Shown: piece after piece, positions 36,997 through 41,538 of the stretch
How positions within the stretch are numbered: the stretch's first letter is position 1
How the letters are laid out: the number at the start of each line of letters is the position of its first letter
Assembly (NCBI GenBank): GCA_964035545.1
Contig: CAXIUT010000072.1
Location: 1 to 41,538, forward strand
Length of the DNA stretch: 41,538 nucleotides
Source of the DNA: Bugula neritina
Lineage: Eukaryota; Animalia; Bryozoa
Direction of reading: 5' to 3'
The notes under the pieces: model-generated
The model's database searches: none
Told to the model about the DNA's origin: nothing
What the model saw: the letters and a program-made list of their open reading frames with translations, nothing else
Made by a program: the position numbers and the translations under genes

Positions 36997-39545
36997 TCAA
37001 CCAAAACAGAGATAATTGATAATATTAAGCACTTCATCTCTTAATTTACTAGTTCCACTATTACTCTTAAGATGGATTGATGCTTTTCCATTTACATAAC
37101 AGACTATCTTCAACATGAACAACTCAGTAGAAGTAGGGTATTTGAACATGATTCCATAGGAGAAAGAATCGCTATCGTATTAATTGACCTATATCAACCA
37201 AGAAATACCTCAATAAATGGCAAAATTAATTTTAAATCTTCATGGTTACGAATATATTTGAAGTCAAGAGGTTTTGGGGCTACATAGTACTAATTTCCCA
37301 TTTGAGCCCATCCGCTAACAAACTGCTCCTCATAAATAAATTCAGGTCTTATCATTTGGACAAATGGAAGCACTATCTTGAATACTACCTTCTTTTTATT
37401 CACACAATCAGTCTTATATGATAACATCATATTAAAACCACCATGCTATAAGCATATTTTAGTTAAATCTACCTCTAAAAAGAAACTAGAACCTGATTTG
37501 AATTCATCATGCATTGTTTTTGCTGGTCGAATCTGTAGCTCACTCTCTTGTGCCTGAGGTCCAAAAACAACAATAAATACATCATGAAGACTTACAGCAC
37601 ACTTATTAGAAACTCTTATCTAGTACATCACTGTAGAACCATCCTTACCAGTTATCATACACTTACCAGTTATATAGAATTAGAAACTCTCGTAAACTAT
37701 TGAACTCTTCTGGGTCAAACATCGACGAAGATATTTATTACCACTATCCATAGGCTAAGGTCTATACTCTTTAGCATTGGGAGCTGGCACAAATGGAACA
37801 TCGAATTCTCTTGAACGATTTCTTGATAAATTCATGGCCAAATCCTGAGTGGTAAAATCTAATTGAAGAGGACTAGAAAAATCATCTAAATGACCTAAAG
37901 GCTGTTATTATCGAAAATCTTCTCTTTCTTCTTTGTTATAATTTTTGCCAGGATTAAGTTGTTCCAAAAGTAAGTGTTCGATTTGAGAGCGGTCATGTTC
38001 TTTTTCCTCTTGTATCTCTTATCGACTCAATCCAACCTGACTATGAGTCTTACTTCGATTGGTTTTAGGTTATTATTGATAGTAGTTTATAATTTTTGGA
38101 ATAAACTTTTATTATTTCTATGTATTCATCTCAGTAATAGCATTTTTAACAATACTTTCTAGATTTTATATTTTCTCATTTATTTTGATAAAAAGCACAT
38201 CTTTTTATCCACCTTCCTTTGCCCTTTCAATTTCATTTTTAATATCTGCCATTCTACGTTCCTTATCCTCTTTCTATCTTTCCTTCTCTCTCCTATGTAT
38301 TTCCTTTAACTCAGCCTAACTTTTCATTCTTTATTCTTTATGTTCATATTCTTGTTTCAAATTTTTTAATTAATTAATAATTTTTTATTGATCAGTATTA
38401 GTATCTTTTAAATTTAACATTAATTCATTAAAATTACTTTTCATTTATTTGTAGTTTGACAAAAGTTTCTCCATTTTCTTTTATTAATGACTCTGTTCAA
38501 ATAAATTAGGTTTCTACTAACGAATCTAAGACAACTTCCTATCATCAAAACGTTTTGTCTCTTTATTGTTTTTTTTCTCTTAAGATCCAAAAAATTGCTA
38601 AGCCTACTTAATATACTGTTTTTCCTAATATTTATGAACTTCCTTATTTATCTAATCTTCTCCCATCTCAAAAAAATCAAAACCCTCTTCTTCCTTTTCA
38701 TAACTCGCAGGTAACATTTGATTCATTTCAGGTTTTTTTTCTTCAGGCTCTTTTACAACAAATTTATTACTGCCTTTCTTTTTGAATCCGATTCCCTAAT
38801 CATTGGCAAAAGGATCTGTCTCTCTAGAAAAGGGATTTGTTTCTCTTCTATCAAAAGGATTTCCTTTACTTTCAAAAGGATCCTGTTGATTACCAAAACC
38901 ACTATTTTGACTTTAGAAAGGGTCTCCTTTTCCTTAGAAAGGATTAGATGAACGATATCCATGAGAACTAAACCGATAATTTCCATTTTATTGTTTATAA
39001 GTATCTTCCAACTCCCGTTTATACAATTTCAACTCCCGTCTGTAATGATTGAACTCTTCTTTGTTATTAAATTTATCTTCTACTTTGTAAATATTTTGTG
39101 CGTCTAGATTTTTATAGAACATGTCCATATTGTTACTTTTAGCTGATGACAACATTTTTTGTAATTTCTAGTAGCGACTGTTAGACTACAACTGCTTTTA
39201 TTGTTACTATTAAGGTCGGTCGAAACGAAATGATCCGCCCACCATGTAAGATATCTAACTGAGATTTCTTGAATTTTAAAAATCAAAAGATTAGTTTCTT
39301 CCTTAAGATTTATTGATTACTACCTTTTCAGATATTTTAATTTTTTGTGAGAGTTTTACTTTTTACTAAACTTTAGGTTCAGTTTATCCGAATAAATCAG
39401 AAGCAAAGGATTTGGAGTGATTGTTATTTTAATCAACAGGATCAAACTGGTCGAACTAGATGCTGTGATCGTCAATTTGTTTCATAACTTGTTCAAGATC
39501 TGGCTCTTTGGCTTTAGGTTCTTAGAAGAAATCGAATGAGGACAT
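36997..39545 (-). CDS. Putative endocytic adaptor: disordered NPF/DPF-bearing region plus C-terminal alpha-adaptin appendage (ear)-like domain
   Basis: RRCLTQKSSIVYE...VSNKC...IVLPFVQMIRP...QFVSGWAQM; 3 NPF and 3 DPF motifs at 38808-38945; 20-nt intron at 37189-37208; N-terminal frame not fully resolved. Confidence 0.7.
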
Positions 39546-39729
39546 CAAACAGTCAGATTGTTATATTCGAATACAATAAATGAGCTTATTTAATTAAATG
39601 ATAGCAAAGTTGATAAATTTGTTTGAATTAATAGATATATATTTTATTAGTTGATATTGAGACATAGAAATATCAACTTATAGCGTTTGTAAGCTATAGT
39701 TATACTTAATAAATATTAAATTAATAAGT

Positions 39730-40932
39730 ATGGGTTCGATAGTGAATATATTGAACTATTCATTAACACATGGATCAGTGAGCAAGGATAACTTTTTGAC
39801 TTTAATACTCAAGAAGTCGACTAATCTTCATATTTCAAATCTTCTATTCATAAAATACCTCTTCCCAAACACAATGATGAATGTTATTATTTTATTCATC
39901 AAGCTAACCTTAGAGAAGAACTTGAACAGTTTTTGATAGAAAGGAGGAAAGTTTTAAAATCAAGATTTGATTTCAAGAAAAGTAATAAATATTATCGATT
40001 GATTGGAGGAATAAAAGTTTTTAAAAAGAAGACAACAAAAAGAAAAAAAAATATTATATTTAGCCCATTGAAGCTTCAGATATTGAAATATAAAATGTAA
40101 ATAATGAAACAGACAATGAGAAAGAAAAAGTTGAATGGAAAAAACCATACATGATTGTGAGATCATTTGACTAGGGATATTAGCTAAAAGTTGGACAAAG
40201 AATCAAGTTTGGTAAAACTTAACTGAATATTCAAGAGATATTTCCTGATCAGTATCAAAACCCTTTGTAGAATAGAAATCCAGCCGATTATTTTGAAATG
40301 AAATAATTTTAGAAGTTGAATGAAACCAGCAATACTAGTAAAGAAGAAAGGAATTGTAGAGTTTGTTATCAAAACAATTAGACTTAAGATGATTTTTTGA
40401 TTTAAGGACTTTGTGAATGCAAAGGAACTCATGCTAGCATTCATCTTTCCTGCCTGAAAAGTTGGATGAAATCTAAACAAGTAAGTTTAAAGATGGCAAT
40501 AGTTAACAATTGGTGTATGATATTAATAAATTTCAATGTTAGCTCTGCAAAAAGCAATATCCTAACACAATCCGATATAAGAACGTATATTATTAGCTTC
40601 TTTCCTTTTTGTAGGAAGAAAAACCCTTCATTGCATTCAAACCTCCACACACAGAATTTGACCCTTATGATAAAAAATACATGACTATTTAAGAAGGAGG
40701 AATGACCAACATTGGAAGACTTGATTAAAATCAAATGGTACTTCCAGATAACTCTGTTTCTCGCAAACATGCCTTTATTTCTCGAAACAATAAAGTATTA
40801 AAAATTTATGATAAAGGCTCTAAATTTGGAACAGGAGTCTATTAAAAAAATGCTCAATTCAAATTACACAAACATTCACTCAGAGCCTTTGCCATCAGTA
40901 ACAGCATCTTTGCCTTTCAAATTAAACAGTGA
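39730..40932 (+). CDS. RING-CH + FHA domain protein
   Basis: TWISEQGELFDF; CRVCY...CECKGTHASIHLSCLKSW...CELCK; FHA IGR...SVSRKHA...DKGSKFGT; about three 1-nt deletions. Confidence 0.85.
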
Positions 40933-40966
40933 AATGATATCTAGCCCAACCAGTCATTATCTATTA

Positions 40967-41299
40967 TCATTTATATTATATACTTATTTTTAGATATAAT
41001 CTGTGCTACTTCCTGAAAACAATGTATTAATATTTTACTAAGAACTTCTCCCTCTAGCTATATGATATAATAGTTGTTGAACTTTTCAAGATTCTCCAAA
41101 AATTACTATATTTCTTCTTAGAACTTTTAAACCATCGATAATCTATCGATTTTGCATCGTCAACATTCAAAATGAGCTTTTAATCCTAAGAAAAGGATGA
41201 AATTGGACAATCAATAATCAACTCATACTAATCACTACTCTAGTTTATTTTAATTTTTTGATATTAAAAGAAAAGAGGTTAGAAAATTATGACTTTCAT
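40967..41299 (-). CDS. Hypothetical 110-aa subtelomeric protein
   Basis: Clean ATG-to-TGA frame under TAR=Glu. Confidence 0.4.
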
Positions 41300-41439
41300 T
41301 TGAAGTTAATATATTATATCTCTTAATTCTTTATTAATATATTTCAAATAAATTATTCTAAGATTTAAAGTAGTAGTATTATAGCAAAAATAATTGCAAT
41401 ATTGTAATTGATAATTTTGATATTTTAATTCCAAATGAT

Positions 41440-41538
41440 GGGGTTGGGGTTGGGGTTGGGGTTGGGGTTGGGGTTGGGGTTGGGGTTGGGGTTGGGGTTG
41501 GGGTTGGGGTTGGGGTTGGGGTTGGGGTTGGGGTTGGG
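41440..41538 (+). repeat. Right telomere (GGGGTT)n
   Basis: Perfect T2G4 repeats to the window end. Confidence 0.99.

Noticed and set aside
3314-40993. The supplied short ORFs as genes
   Set aside because: They were computed with TAA/TAG as stops, so they are fragments of longer genes or antisense shadows

Overview
This is AT-rich ciliate macronuclear DNA, not prokaryotic. It carries Tetrahymena-type C4A2/T2G4 telomeres at both ends and a third T2G4 tract at 6417-6505. The window therefore reads as a complete 6.5-kb telomere-to-telomere minichromosome joined to a roughly 35-kb chromosome arm. The supplied ORF track uses the wrong code: TAA and TAG both encode Glu (peritrich code, NCBI table 30) and TGA is the only stop. 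Invariant Glu positions in kinase, CH, HECT, Nop53, RING-CH and THUMP domains show this. Re-translated by hand, the window holds about 30 very tightly packed genes, with divergent ATGs as little as 11-27 bp apart. Their introns are nearly all exactly 20 nt. Genes include importin-alpha-like, ARM-repeat, Cbp3/UQCC1-like, a tandem pseudokinase fused to about 6 TM helices, a P-loop GTPase, a beta-barrel, an ARL GTPase, RP2, SPATA4-like, NOP53, a UBE3B/C-like HECT ligase, RING/B-box/LRR, MARCH, zf-3CxxC, ANP32-like, THUMPD1, a stand-alone alpha-adaptin-ear protein with NPF/DPF motifs and a RING-CH/FHA protein. Two atypical tRNA-Ile-like genes lie on the minichromosome. About ten single-base indels, mostly in homopolymers, suggest an unpolished long read or contig, so some boundaries are approximate. 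All family calls come from motif recognition without database searches.
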